Part shown: one piece after another, positions 16,910 to 32,091 of the stretch
Numbering within the stretch: position 1 is the stretch's first letter
Layout: every line of letters begins with the position of its first letter
Assembly (NCBI RefSeq): GCF_009914755.1
Contig: NC_060929.1
Direction: 5' to 3' (one strand)
Source: the human T2T-CHM13v2.0 reference genome, Homo sapiens
DNA length: 64,000 nt
Notes under the pieces: generated by a model
Database searches by the model: none
The model's input: only the letters and a program-made list of their open reading frames with translations
What the model was told of the DNA's origin: nothing
Program-made: the position numbers and the translations under genes

Positions 16910-17357
16910 TCGATTCATCAACGTTGAATTCATGGCCAACAGCACCATTAACTAGTGACTGAATGGAGCTAATCTAACACATGCATTTTCTCCATAAGAC
17001 ACATCACAGTCTTGTGCTTCCTATCCTGGGCAGCACTTCACCCTTATGCTTGGGAGTAATTTTAAACAGCAAAATCACTAACAAAAAGCACAAAAATGGA
17101 AAAACATGACATTAAATATACCGTGAAAAGGACACTTGTTTATCCTATGAGAGCTGAGACGAGAAAGCGCGCTGTTACCTTGTGTGAACTCAGTTGGGAA
17201 AGTGTACTTAGAGCACTCACATTTTTTGCCACTCTGCACATGTCCTCAGATGACTTTTAGTCATTAGTAGTGTGATATTGATCTTGGGGTTAGAAATAAA
17301 CTTTAGTGAGTAGCAAAGTGGCAAATATGGAATCCACAAACAATGAAGCTTGGCCAT
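16910..17357 (+). mobile_element. MER6/MER6A-like (TcMar-Tigger)
   Basis: 'aacgttgaattcatggccaacagcac'; end 'ggggttagaaataaactttagtgagtag...gcaaatatggaatccacaaacaatga'. Confidence 0.7.
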
Positions 17358-18254
17358 ATATAAAATAAATATGGGCTGAGACATTTAACTTGGTAACATT
17401 GCCGAGTTCCTATTATGCCTGAACACCCGCTTAGGGGTTAAGTTTCTACAATTTTTAGAGAAACGTTTTCATTGTCAATATCAAGGCATCATCAGAATTG
17501 TCTTCAGTTATTTATTATTTTGTATTTTGTCATTCTTGCTGTTGATTTGTGAATGTCAGTTAAATTAATTGTATCTTTGGAGACCCAATTTGTTGTGAAT
17601 GATTTGGCAAACCACTTTATTACAGTGATGTGTTAGTAAAGAATGTTTTTACTGTAATTTGCCAGTTACTGGGCTTTAAGACATTTATTTATTATGATTT
17701 AAAAATGAATAATCCCATTTTTGTATGTAGTAACAATTTATTAGTTATGTGCTTTCTGGAAGTATGCTATTTTAAGAACTAGCAAGTTACTTATCAATGC
17801 AATTATATAAAATTCATGAGATGTAGAACATTATTTCAAAGTATACAATTAAATTCACATAGTCAACCGTTTATTTGTTACAAGCAATTTGCTTATTGCA
17901 TGCGACTTTGTTTCTTTCTAATTTATGACAGTCCCTAGTTTGCTTCAGCATAATTTGAGAAAAAAGGAATAAATGCATAGTACAGCATGTAAACTGTCTT
18001 ATAGCTAATGGGATTACCACTAGATTCTTGATATGAATTTAGCCAATAAATTATCATTACCTTAAATTTTAAACTAGTCAGTATTCTCAAAAACATTGAT
18101 CTGTCTTTAATGTCGGCATGAACGTATGTGCTCAATAACACATTACAAAATCAGAGAAAGCCATTTTATTTACAAATGTAGAAAAATAGAAAAAACGGAG
18201 AAGTGTATGTGAGAAAGAATAAGAAAACTTGAAAGAATGATTGCCTTTCATTAT

Positions 18255-18500
18255 ATATTGAGCATATGCTTACAGAATAAACACTATGGACTGTGCACCA
18301 TTCTAAATACTTTAGAAATATTATCCACTTAATATTCATAGTGGCCATTATGCAGTGGGCCAATATTATGGTCGTTTTACAGATCAGTATATTGAGTACT
18401 GAAATTGTAGCTAACTGTGCTAACATCACAGACTAGTAAGTGGTAGAGTCAGGTTTCATACTCTGGGCAATGTACCTGCAGGATCTGTTATTAAACTTTA
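18255..18500 (-). mobile_element. MIR
   Basis: 'gttttacagat...tcacagactagtaagtggtagagtcagg'. Confidence 0.65.
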
Positions 18501-18749
18501 TGTTAGGCTTCCAGTTACCATTGTCTCTTCAGGTTTTTATTTATTCTTCATCATTCTCCTATGCGCTTTTGACCTAGGTTTCTCCAGTTTCCAAAAAATA
18601 TCTATCCAGTTTCTAAGAACTTTTTTAAAGAAAAACAAAACACACACTTTTACTTACCTACAAAGATGCACTACATCTTTCTTGCCAGGAAAAGAGAGGA
18701 AAAGTCCAGAACTCACTGGCCATGCATTAGAAGGCGTGGGGGCACGTAA

Positions 18750-19107
<358 letters not shown>

Positions 19108-19186
19108 TAATTTCTCATTATAGGCACCTCCAAAAGTAAACAGCATGACTCATTTAGAAATATTTATTTTGATTCCATGTCTTTAT

Positions 19187-19270
19187 TATGAACTCCCATG
19201 ACACAAGCTTATCTATGTAACAAACCTGCAGATGTACCTTTGAACTTAAAATAAAAATTTTAAAAAGAAT
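19187..19270 (+). mobile_element. Very short L1PA 3'-end fragment
   Basis: 'cccatgacacaagcttatctatgtaacaaacctgcagatgtacctttgaacttaaaataaaa'. Confidence 0.8.
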
Positions 19271-21741
19271 AAAAACACAACTATTTTGTACCAGTGTATA
19301 AGGAAGACACTTTTCATTACTGTTTCCTAAGTAAAAAAAAATCACTGAAAAAAATCTTACATATATGATTAAGTTGATTATAGCCTGAGTCTAAAATGTT
19401 TATTTTTCAAAATCTTGAAATCATTGGCATAATCTTTATCCTATTATTTCAAGGGGAGTTAATTTTAGAATACTTTTTAGGAGAAGGTAGAAAACAGTAT
19501 GATTCTGAAAAGTAGTCACTAGAAGTTTACATGATTTTCTTCTGAAGAACATATGGGCCATTTTTGTAGAATAAGAAATCTTTTGAACAACTTGTTTTAT
19601 TTCTTATTACAATTATATTAGTGTTGGAAAATAGAGTTAACAGTATAGGAAAACAATTGAATTAGTTGCATTATAATACCCTAAGGAAAGGGCCAATTGT
19701 AGTTTGTGAAAAACAAAATGTTTTTTCACGTACCGTTTAATAAGCAGCCAGTATGTACACTTAATAAAAATAGTTAGTGTTTCTGAGTGCTGAAGTCAAA
19801 TACGTGTTAAAGGAATTTAAAATCTACTACCTTTTCTTTATCCATAATGAACGTAAGTAGAAAATGCATTCTATGATACATAAAATTGTCAGCGTATTTG
19901 TGCATTAATTCAGTATATCTAATGCTAAAAATTACTTTTATCTAAATGGTTCATGGACACACACCAAAAGGCTCTTACCACCTGAAAGCAGTTCGGAATA
20001 CAAATTACAAATCAACTTTGTCGCTGCCATTCATAATCCAAATTACTTGTCCAAAGACACAAGGATAAATAACCACTCAGTTCCATTTCTTCCCCTATCT
20101 CTTTAATTTCCAGCTTAGAATACAGATTTACTACAGAAAGGAATGGGCAACTTCAAAACTAGCTTAAGGTGAATCGTACAACCCTGGTAAAATAATAACC
20201 TCATTTTCACTATTTTCATTATTTTTTACTTTTAACTCCTGAATTAAACAAAAAATTATTTAAATTTATTTACTCAAACTTCAATTTAGTTATTTCAAAC
20301 ACTCAAAACTCCTACATTTCTGTTCACTTTCCTCTCCACCTCAACTCCTGTCATCACTTGGTGTGCAGAAATGTTCACACAGCAGGTGCTTCGGCAACAA
20401 ATATTCTCACTCCCTGACCATCTCATGAAGTGATCAAAGAAATGATTTGCCTTCAAGTAACCAAAACCTATTTGATGTAGTTTAAGAGAAAAGTGAACTA
20501 CAGAGATGACAAAAATGATTTGCTTATGATGATCACTCATATCACCTTCACAATGTGATAGACATTAGGGTCTACTGAATAATTTAATTGGAAAATGTTT
20601 AGAAAAAGTTTTTGAGCAATTAAAGCATTAACCTTTTATTCATTTTTTTTTCCATTCAATTTGTAATTTCCTTTTTTGGGAACTATTTTTCTTTGAACAT
20701 GTGTGTTATTTGTTCTGACCTATTAATCATCCCCTCTTAGAATGATGTGCAAGCCTTGGAGGTTTTTATTATTTTTTTCCACTATTGCAGTTCAAATGGC
20801 CTTAGTTATAGCTTTTGGCATATGCTCCCTTTTCCCAGTGATTTTTAATTTGCTCCATGTTGGAATCAACTGGTAAGACATTTCAAAATCTCAGTATCTA
20901 GGCTCTACTGGATACGCTTAAACCAGAATCTCCATTGGCTGGAATGGAGAGGTGAGGTCCAATAGAAATAAACATCATTTTGTTGTTGTTGTGATTGTAT
21001 TTTTTGTTTGTTGGTTTTGAACTACCCTGAGTCCTCCACTATGCAGAAAAATTTTAAATTCCATTCTCTGTGTCATCACAATCCTATAAGCAATTTAGGG
21101 CAAATAGTCTCTCTCTCAAAAAACAAGCACCATCAAGAAAGCAGGTTATCACTGCTCCACTGGGCCTGGAGGAAACCTTTCTATATCCCAGTCTTCAGAG
21201 CCCAGGAGGAATAAGAACACCCTTTCAGTGCTTCTGCTGTTGTTTGTTGTTTCGTTTTGGTATTTTTGAGATATAGGAGATTGGGCATCTTAATACAGGG
21301 CCAATATACTCATTTACTTAAGCACACTGATCTCTTCTAGCGAGTATCTTACAAAATCCTGTCCATGTTGCCATTTTCCCAGAATCAATTTCTATTATGA
21401 TGTTTAATATCTGAAGTTAATTTTGAACATTTTAAAAACATGAAATAACATATTTTCTTCAAAAGTATATTGCTCAAAAATTCAGTGTAAAAATACAAAT
21501 AATGTACTTGATAAAAATAGATGTTTTAAAGATAATTAAGCCCAATTTGATAATCTCTAGGCCAATTATATTCTTTAGAGTGGAAGATTCCATGGCTTCC
21601 TATAGCATGTAAAGTTTCTTCCAGAAAATGTTAATTCTTGGATCTGTGATGTTTTCTTATTAAGGTTTATGAAACTTAGTTTGTACAGGTAATTAATGTA
21701 AAATATCTTGGGTATTTTCTGGTTAACTGATAAAATAGTTT

Positions 21742-22620
21742 ATTATTTTTTAATTTTTAAAACTTTAATTGACAGGTAATAATTGTATACATGTATGGAG
21801 TAAAAGGAGATGTTTTGATATAGATATGCATTGTGGAGTGAATAAATGAAGCTAACATATCTATTACTTCATATACTTATTTTTTTATGGTGATAACATT
21901 TAAATTTTTTTAAGCAAATTTGAAATATAAATTACATTATTATTAACTATAGTCTCTATGATATCAATAGATCTTCTAATTCCTCTTGTTTAATTTAAAC
22001 TCTGTACCCTTTAACCAGTATTTCCTTTTCTCCTCACCCTCTCCCCCACAGTCTCTGGCAACCATTATTCTACTCAGTACTTCTGAATTTGAATTCTTTA
22101 GATTACACATATAAGTGAGATCATGAAGTATTTGTGCTTCTTTGACTGGAATATTTTACTGTTCCAGTAAGTGTTCCCCATGTTCATTCATGTTGTCATA
22201 AATGTCAGAATTTTCTTCTTTTTAAAGGCTGTATACCATTCTATTGTGTATATATACCACATTTTCTTTATATTTTTATTTGTTGATGGACACCTAGGTT
22301 GATTCCACATTTTAGCTATTATGAATAATGCTGCAATGAACGTTGAAATACACACATGTCTTTGACATACTGATTTCAAATACTTTGGATAAATACACAG
22401 AAGTGGGATTCCTGGAGCCTCTATTAATTCTATTTTCAGTTTTTTATGGAACATGAATATTGTTTTCTAATTTGCATTTCCACCAACAAAGTACAAGAGT
22501 TTCTTTTTCTTGACATCCTCAAGAACACTTGTTATCTTTTGTCTTTTTTGTAATAGCCATCCTAACAGGCATGAGGTGATACCACATTGTAGTTTTAATT
22601 TGCATTTCTCTGATGATTTG
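21742..22620 (-). mobile_element. L1MA-type 3' fragment
   Basis: Minus ORF KKLKIEL...FIAALFIIAKMWNQPRCPS...KKMWYIYT plus L1MA-type 3'UTR. Confidence 0.85.
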
Positions 22621-23565
22621 TAAGTATACATGTTAATGGTCACTTATGATTTTATCTCGATGGAAAATTCTGAAGTTCAAAAGCCTTTGTAAAGCATCAA
22701 TATGTGCCTAATACATTAATACTATAATGGCTAAAAATAGCTAACTCAATGAAGCAAAAAAATATATCTAGTTAATCTTAATGTATAGGAAAAAAGAGGA
22801 GTACTTACCAGAGTGATTGAAAGGAAATGATCAGATTTAAACTTGTGTCTAATTAGTGTTGGACAACTCTTAGTGATTACTGTTTAATAACTAGATATTA
22901 AACAGTAATGTGAGAATTAGAAAAAAATATTTTAGTTGATAAAGTTTCTACTTAAAATGTATACTTTTAATTACATTCTAAATAAATGGAATCCATTGTT
23001 AAAACTGAACTCTAATATTGATTGGGTTGCAATTCCCAATGTTTGTTTCAAAACAAAATCTGTTGAATAAGTTTCTTTTCCCTTTAAAGCTATTTGAGTG
23101 GCTTATCAAAACTAATTGACAATAACTTAATTAGTAACTAGTGAATAAACTTTATATCTAATTTATTAAAATATTAAACCTAAAAATTAGGTAAACCCCT
23201 TCTACTTTAGTTGATGGGATTTTCAAATCTTTGAGTTAAGGTAGAAATAGTTGAAAAACCTTGAATCTATAATTTTGGAACAGGACTCCTACTCTTATAA
23301 TTGGTCAGTATATTACTTGGAAAAAAATATTGTTTTTATTGACTACTTTTCTTAGGATAATTTATGTATTTCAGAGCTAATTTGCAGTAGCGAATTGTTT
23401 GAACTTTAAGAGATCATTGATTTTTATTTTATATTATGTTACTCATTAGACCTAATTGATAAAAACAATGATATAGTTTCTGTTTGTAAATCAAAGAGAT
23501 TATTTTCATAATTTTTATTCAAATCAGTATTATTTAGTTTTTATATCTAAATATGTATTGTTTGT

Positions 23566-23987
23566 AGCAACGGTCCCCAACCTTTTTGGTACCAGAGAGC
23601 AGTTTCATGGAAGAAAATTTTTTCATGGACCAGGGGTGGGGGAATTGTTATGGGATGATTCAAATACATTTATTGTGCACTTTATTTCTATTATTACATT
23701 GTAATACACAATGAAATGAATATACAACTTACCATAATGTAGAATCAGTAAGAGCTCTGAGATTGTTTTCCTGCAACTGTACAGTCCTATCTGGGGGTGA
23801 TGGGAGACACTGACATGGCATGTCCAGTTCACAATAGGGTTCATGCTCTTATGAGAATCTAATGTTGCTGCTGATTTGACAGGACATAGAGCTCAGGTAG
23901 TAATGCAAGTGATAAGGATTGGCTGTAAACACAGATGAAGCTTTGTTGGCTTTATGGTTCACGGCCCAAGGGTTGGGGACTCCTGGT
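23566..23987 (+). mobile_element. MER1A (hAT-Charlie)
   Basis: TIRs 'ggtccccaacc' and 'ggttggggac'; internal 'acatttattgtgcactttatttctattattacattgtaata'. Confidence 0.85.
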
Positions 23988-25419
23988 TTATGGAATAATG
24001 GACTATCTATACTGCTATTTCTTAGAAAATATAATAGCTTCATACCTTTGGTAAGCTATTAGCCAATAAATGCAGGAAACATACTAACAAAACAGCTTAT
24101 ATATTTTGGGATCAGCATTATAGGTATATTACACATTATTTAAACTTTGTAATTTTACCAAAGGATATTAGGTGACTATCATAATATACAAATTACTATT
24201 GTAGTTGATAGTGAAATTATTTTATTGAAGTTCAATATGTATGCCATGCAACTGGAAGACTAAAGATTTTCATTTTTATCTGTTTGGCTGCTGAACATAG
24301 CTCAAGGACCAATAGATGCTAAATTGTAGCAGTTCTTATCTTCAATTTAGTAATATGTCAATATTTACATAAATACATGCAAAGGAAAATATGTAAATGC
24401 CAGAATATATACAGATGATAACTTAGGGCAATGTGCCATTTATAAAATAATTTCGTCTTTAGTGATTTTTGACATATTCATATACTTTAAATAAAATAAA
24501 GTACATTTATATGATTGTTACACATGTGGGGAATTATCAGCAGAGAATATCAGTGTGATTAGATTTGCACCTTAGATGTATTATCTTAGTGGGAGTGTAA
24601 GAGAAGGCCTGGAGGCTTGGAAAACTGGAGAAAAGACCATCTATTTAATGACTGCTCTATGTTTCTGGCAAGACAGTAGCAAGACACAATAAAATATGAA
24701 CAATTGGCCTAGGAAGAAACAGAGAAATTTGCAATTATATTTATATGTTTCAACATATATTTGAGTCAACAATATTTGAGTTTTCAAGTAAAAGAGAGTA
24801 AATGTGAATTGATTAAGTTACTCTATTGACTGGGAGGGGATTCAGCATTGGATGTAATGAATTCATGGGTGTACCTACTATATAAAGTATTAAAGTATTT
24901 CCCATGATTTCTCAGCTGCTTCAATATTTTGATATTTGTATTCCAATAGAATAATTAAAAATATCTTAGGTAATTTCTGTTGCTCAAGTGGATGGGTCAT
25001 TTTATTATACACAGATTAATGATTCAATTCTGATGAAGGGCAAATGAAAGATAAAATTTGCATGTACAATGAAATAATTACTTTGGCTGCCAAATTTTAT
25101 GATCTTAAGTGGAAATATTCTTATAAAAATTCTCCTGAAGTTTTGCTAATAATTTTTTTCATACCTTTTTTTCATACCAAAGATCCTAGTTCAACAAGGT
25201 ATTTTCAACTTCCTCCTAAGCCTGGTTATTATCTGCTAATCTTTTCCTAAATTAGATATCTGAACCAATTCACTTGCTTGTCTCTTATCATACTATCTGA
25301 AAACCAGTTCACACAAATCATTACCTAATAAGCTTGAGAAAGGACTCATTGTAAAACTTTCTCTTAGAGATTTACCTTATACAGTAGCATGTTAGATTGA
25401 TGAGGGATTTTGTTTCAAT

Positions 25420-26210
25420 TTTCATAAATTATAAAAGTCTTAAGTTGATACATTAATACATGTTTAAATGTGCATATCCTTCTGTAACCAATACTGAACA
25501 AAAATATAGAAATGTACTCAACACTAGAAAGTTCCTTATCCCTCCAATTAGTTAGTATTACTGCTCCCTCTCTCGGCATAAGGTTAGCGACCATTCTGTC
25601 TTTTGTAATCTTTGATTAATTTTACTTGTTTTGAAATCCATATAAATAAAATCATATGGTTTTCCTTCTTTTGTATCTGATTCTTTTGATTAATATTAAG
25701 AATAGGAGATTCATCCACACTGTGGCAATGAATTTTCCCATTCTAAGGTTTCTTATGGACATTTGATCTGGTTTAAACTTTGGCTATTAAGAAAAATATT
25801 TATATGAAAATTTATGCAATTTTGGTGAACATATGCACTAGTTTCTTTTGAGCATATGCTCAGGAGTGTGATTGATGGGTCACAAGCTATAGATTTGCCT
25901 CGATTTGGTGAGTTCTGCATTCGATCTATAAATTAATTTGGAAAGAATTAAAATTTTACCAGTGTTGAGATTTCCTACACATGTAAATGTATATCACTCT
26001 GTTTAGGACTTTTTTTCATTAAAATTTGCAATCTTCAATCGAGAGGTCCTACAAACTTTTGTTATATTTATTCTATGCGTTTTACATTTTTATGCTATTG
26101 TATGCAACATTATTTTATAATTTGATTTTCAACTTGATCTTTCTAGTGTCTAGAAATACAATTGATATTTATATATTGGCCTGTATTCTTGTGCCTTGAT
26201 AAATTTACTT
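25420..26210 (-). mobile_element. Ancient L1ME-like fragments
   Basis: 'accattctgtc...atataaataaaatcatat', 'ggagtgtgattgatgggtca', 'ctagaaatacaattgatatttatatattg'. Confidence 0.6.
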
Positions 26211-27065
26211 ATGTGTACAAAACAAGGCTAACAATTGATGTAGTGAACCACAGAATCAAGCCCAGATGTCTGACAAAACGAAACATGAAATTTGAAAAAC
26301 CCGAACCACATTATGGAAAAAGTAGTATCTATGGAAAACAAATAAGACTAATCTGTGACTAGCGTACATTTCAGAACGCATTCCAGCAGGAGCTTAATAG
26401 AGAACAAAACGGAAGCCAAAATTAAAATAAAATATGTGAAAACTTGAAGAGAAACACTATCCTCAAATTAAATCCACCAAATGGGCTTAGTAGGAATGAC
26501 AAAATATCTTTCAAAACGATTTCTACTGTTATTTTAGTGTTGAATTAAAATTCTGAAAACCTTTAAAAGAATTATAAAATTATACAATATATACCATAAT
26601 TAAATTTGCTTCACATTTTATGCAACACTCAATACTAAAACGAGAAATGTCTTCAAATCTCTAGGAGAAAATAGTATCATCTCAGCCTTCTATGAAATCA
26701 AGGCAATATGTGAGTATTATTTTAAAATATTTTTCTCAAAATACTATACAGAAAAATGCATACAAGAATGATGAACTCTTACTATTCTAAGCAATTATAT
26801 GAAGTAGATTTGGGGAAGAGGGAAGAGAATGTCAAGACATAACTACTACCATAAAGAAAGAAATGGGATGACTAGAAGTACATAAGTGGCATTCGGTTGC
26901 CTTCCATCCTAAGAACCAAGGTGCTGAATAAAAATAGACTTACCATCAGGAGGCCATTAATAAGGATTCTTAATTACTAATACTCAGTTGATTGCAGTTG
27001 GATATCCAGTGACCAAGAGACCCTGCACAGCTAACCTCCCAGTCTCTGATCAATAAAATTCCGAT

Positions 27066-28838
27066 AGAGGAATTAGAAGGAAAGCAGAGCAAGATGGCCA
27101 TATAAAACTCTCCACAGATTGTCCTTCCCATAAGAACAATACATTTAACAACTATCTATACAAAAACCACCTTCCTAATAACTAAAACTCAGGTGAGCTA
27201 TCAGAGTGTGTGGTTTTAATATTATATCACAGAAAGAGGCAATGAAGAAGATAAAAAAAAGACAGTCTTTACAAGCCAATGCCATTCCATTCCCATTCCC
27301 CAGCAGCCATGTGGTACAAACAGAATCTGTGTGTTTCGTGGAGGGAGAGTGAAGTGACTGTGGGACTCTGTATTGGAACCCAGAGCTGCCCTGACCCCAG
27401 TGGAAAGCAACAGCAGGCAAAACTCAATTGATGCCCATGGAGGCAGCATATAGACCAGCCCCAGACAAAAGAGAATTGTCAATTCCAGTGGTCAGAATAA
27501 GAGTTTCAGCAAGGCTTGACACCATGGGCCAAAGTGCTCTGAAGTTCTGAACAAACCTGAAAGGCAGTCTAGGTCACAAGTCTCAGTGCTGTGATAGGCT
27601 TAGAGCCAGTAAACTTAGGGGGCTCACAACCTAAGGAAACACCAGCTATGCCATCCGTAGGGGTGCTTGTGCCACCTCTTCTTCAGCCCCAGGCTGTGCA
27701 GCATGCAGTACCGAAAAAGATTGCTTCATTTCACTTGAGGAGAGGAGAGGGAAGAGTGAAGATGACTTTGTCTTGCAACTTGGATACCAGCTGAACCACC
27801 ATAGAATCGGGAATCAGGAAGTGTCCTTAGGCATCTATTTCAGACACCAACTCCCAGATGACATTTCTAGAAGTGCCCTGGGCTAGAATGGAATCCACTG
27901 GCTTGAAAGGAAGGGCCCAGTCCTGGCAGAATTTTTCAGCTTCTGACTAAAGAGGCCTTGGGCCCTGAATAATTAGCACCGGTGGCCAGGTAGTACACAC
28001 CATGGGCCTTGGGTGAGACTCTGAGATGTACTGGTTTCAGGTGTCATCCAGTACATTTGTAGCTGTGGTGGATACAAGGAGTGACTCCTGTTTGCGAAAA
28101 GCAGAGGGAAGAGTAAAGTAGGCTTTATATTGCAGCGTACATACCAGCTCAGGCACAGAGGGGTAGAACACTAAGTGAGTTCTTGACATCCCCAATTCCA
28201 GGCACTGACACTTGGACAGTGTTTATGGATCTGTCCTGGGCTAGAGGGGAGTCCAATGCCCTGAAGGGTGAGTACCAGGACTGGAAGCATTTATCACAAG
28301 CTGACTGAAGAACGCTTGGACCTTGAGTGAAAATCAGCAGTATCTGGCAATACGCTTAATGGGCCTGTGGCGGTGGCCGTGGAGAAAAACTACTGTGCTT
28401 GTGTAAAGGGAAGAGAAGAGTTGGAAGGAATTTGGCTTGTGGCTAGGGTGCCTGTTCAGCTATAGTAGAATAAAGTAATAGGTATATTTGTAAGGTTTTC
28501 AACTTTAGGCTCTGGCTTCAAGATGGTATCTCTGAACCTGCCCGGGGCCATGGTGAACTCTCCACCCAGAAGGGAAAGGCACAAGCTTGGCTGACTTCAC
28601 CAGCTGTTGATTGTAGGGCCCTAGACCCCCAGATGAATATAGCCAGGTGATAGCAAGGTAGTAGTTACAGTGGGCCTTGTGTGAGACCCATTGCTATGCA
28701 GTCTTCTGGTCTCACCCAGTGCAGTCCCAGTGGTGGCAGCCACAGGGGTGCTTATGACGCCTCCCCCACAGTTCCAGGCAGCTCAGCACAGAGAGATATA
28801 CTCCATTTCTTTGAGATAAAATAAGGGAAACAAATAAA
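27066..28838 (+). mobile_element. Orphan L1 5'UTR (L1M1/L1MA-type) without ORF1 or ORF2
   Basis: Starts 'gcagagcaagatggcc' (YY1 motif) with repeated 5'UTR subunits ('gagggaagagt...tt gca'), then stops abruptly. Confidence 0.7.
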
Positions 28839-29499
28839 ATTATTACATACCTTCTCCTAAAGCTAACCCACATTGATTTAAGGCACTCTATCTATAATAT
28901 TCTCCAACTACAAAGTAGAGCAAAATTTCCTTTGCTTCTACCTCCCTCCTCAAGAAAAGAAACAAGTAGATGTATTTGTTTGTACCCCGACATCTGTGTA
29001 TCCTCAACCACACTGTTTCTACCCTGGTGAGTAGAAATGTTGGATCTTTGGGAAAGGACTTTTGCCTTGTCCTTGCAGCTTTCTCTTCTCCACCAACTCC
29101 ACCAAGGAAAGACATTCCATTTTTCCTTCTATCCTGATGGGAAAGAACGCTACATCATACCCTTCATTTCCCCTAGTGATATCTGCCTTTTACTTACCTT
29201 GAGAAATAATGGCAAAATGGTTACAAGGGCAGAAATTTTTGCAACAACAAATTCATTCAGAATCATTTCAAAAATTAAATTACTGTCATTCACAGAAGTA
29301 ATAACTTAAATGCTTTTCAGAAGCCGATGGGTTTAAAATGATAAGTAAAATGTCAAAAGGGCAATTGGAAGTAGCTTACACAGCTTTATAGGTCCACCCT
29401 TTTTTCATTCTCTTTACACTTTTCTATTTTGATTTCTATTTTATAATGTTAACTTCTTGTTACTTCTGGGTATCCCAGATTAATCATTGAGATTAAGAC

Positions 29500-30460
29500 T
29501 CTGAAGGCTAGTGTAGTAAAATACTGCAGACCAAATAAAGGTGTCATAGTGACACAGTAAAATATAATATAAAAGTGAGTTATATTCAAAATAATGAAAT
29601 TGTTTCATGCATATGATAAAATATATGATGATGAATCAAATGACATGAAGTATTTTTTTCCTAAAAATGTTATTAAGACATTAGGTAATGGAGAAAGAAG
29701 CAATAAGATAATAATAGTATGACCTCAGTTAAAATATTTGTAGAAAAATCAGTTGAAATTCTCATACTTTACTCACTTTCCAAAATAAGTTTTTAAAATT
29801 AAATGATAATGTAAATATTAAAGCAAATTCACACAGTACTTATATACTATCTGCATAGAAGGGGGTTTCTAAGCACAAGGTAATAAAAGGAAATAAACAA
29901 TGATTTGAGAACTAATGAAAATATATTTTATATCAAAGGAATCATAACCAAAATCAAAGCAAAATTACAAGTTAAGAAAAATGTGTAGGCTACATTCTCA
30001 TCTATATATCTGAAAGTAAAACATTATATCTCCCAACAGAAAAATCAGCAAATTTTATGAACCCAGAGATCTAAAACAAATGCCGAATTAACATATTTAA
30101 AATGTAAAACTTCAGCAGTAATTATAGACAGTATTATTGGAGAGATAGTAAAATAATACTGAAAATATGAGAAAAGAGATAACTTTGAATATTAAACAAA
30201 AATATTAAAGATAATATTCCCAGGAGTTATATTGTAAAGAAACAGTTGAACCTCATCTGTATTGAAGGCATTTACATGCAAAAAGAGAAAAATATGTTAA
30301 GTCAAAAAAGTGGCTACATAACAATTAGAACAAAGACAGAAATTTATAAAGGCCAATTTTAGCAGTGTCAACACAACTTCTACCAAGAATAGAGTGATGC
30401 CCTCTATACTTGGTATGTTTATGTCTTTTGCTAAGCTGAAGTTAGAAAAATATCAGAAAT
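29500..30460 (+). mobile_element. Highly decayed L1M ORF2/3' fragments
   Basis: A-rich remnants such as 'ctcatactttactcactttccaaaataagt' and 'cccaacagaaaaatcagcaaa'. Confidence 0.4.
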
Positions 30461-30911
30461 ATTGCCAATAAAAGAGGAATACGTTAAACCCTATTAACCT
30501 GAATCCCTACTTAATCTTCAATTTACATTTAATTAGATGACCTGTGTAGTATGTCTATGTAAAAAAATAGTGGCTTGAGCTGGCACTACTCTACAGTATA
30601 TTTTGGTTCTGGCAAGTGATTAAATTGGAATTCTCGAAAGGAGTGTCCTTGTAAGATGTATTAGCATATTAGAATCCCATGTGTAAGAAAGTCTGACTCT
30701 ACCACGATTGATCTTCTGAGTGAGTAGCTGAGGGTTTAACATAGTTTAAGGTTGATTTACCAAGACAAATATACTCTCGGAAGAACTGGTTAGTATGCTC
30801 ACCCAATCACCTCTCCTTCCTTTGGATACTTTTCTTAAAGTATCCATGGCTGGATGCCATGCTCCTCAAGAAACTACATAATAAGGGAATAATTTAAAAA
30901 AAAACTATTTG

Positions 30912-30912
<1 letters not shown>

Positions 30913-30980
<68 letters not shown>
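30913..30980. repeat. (CT)n(AT)n compound microsatellite
   Basis: Seen directly. Confidence 0.95.
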
Positions 30981-31751
30981 CTCTCAACTGTATTCATAAC
31001 AAAATAAGAAGAAAATATTCATGGTAATTACAATCCCCAAGGGTCACGAGGTCATAAATGATATTTATAGCTAACTTATTCTACTACCCATTCTGTATTC
31101 CCTTTGCCTTCATCAAGAACTTTAGCTGTTTATTGTTCTTTACCTGGTGGAGTGACCAAAATTTTAATCCTGAAGGATCTATGCCATAAGTAGTTCTCCC
31201 CAGATCGAGTTGTAATTTTCTATTGATTTCAATCACAGAATATAATAAAACTAAGAGATACTGTGAGAGATCACTCATATTCTAGACCTACTCTTCCTTA
31301 CCTCTCTGATGGAATAGCCCAGTTTCCCCTTGGTAGCCCTCATCAGTTGCCCCAGCCAACCCCATAACTCCTTTCTTCGCCTGTTGATTCAGAATTAGTA
31401 GCCCAAAGTGGCCAGGTTGACAGGCTTAACTTTCAGTTCAATGGAATTATTGCTGTGTCTCCTGGTACAAGCATTCCTCTCTATGAACTTGATTACCTAC
31501 ATGCCAGCAGAGCATAAAGTTACAAAACAGGAAGCAACAATTTTGCTACTGAGTCACTATGGGAATGTCAAGTGGTACCACTCTTATTTCCACCCCATGA
31601 TTCCTGAACCCATAAATCCTGAGTATCAGAGAAAAAGTACTATATATTGGATATGATTGAAAGCATATACAACTTTCTGGAGAAGCTAGTCCTGGCCCTG
31701 CAAGGCACTGCCACCTAGCTGGTGCTGAAACTGGGTCTTCAAAAACATCTT

Positions 31752-32091
<340 letters not shown>

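Noticed and set aside
20880-21050. Possible MER5-like fragment
   Set aside because: Similarity too weak to support by eye
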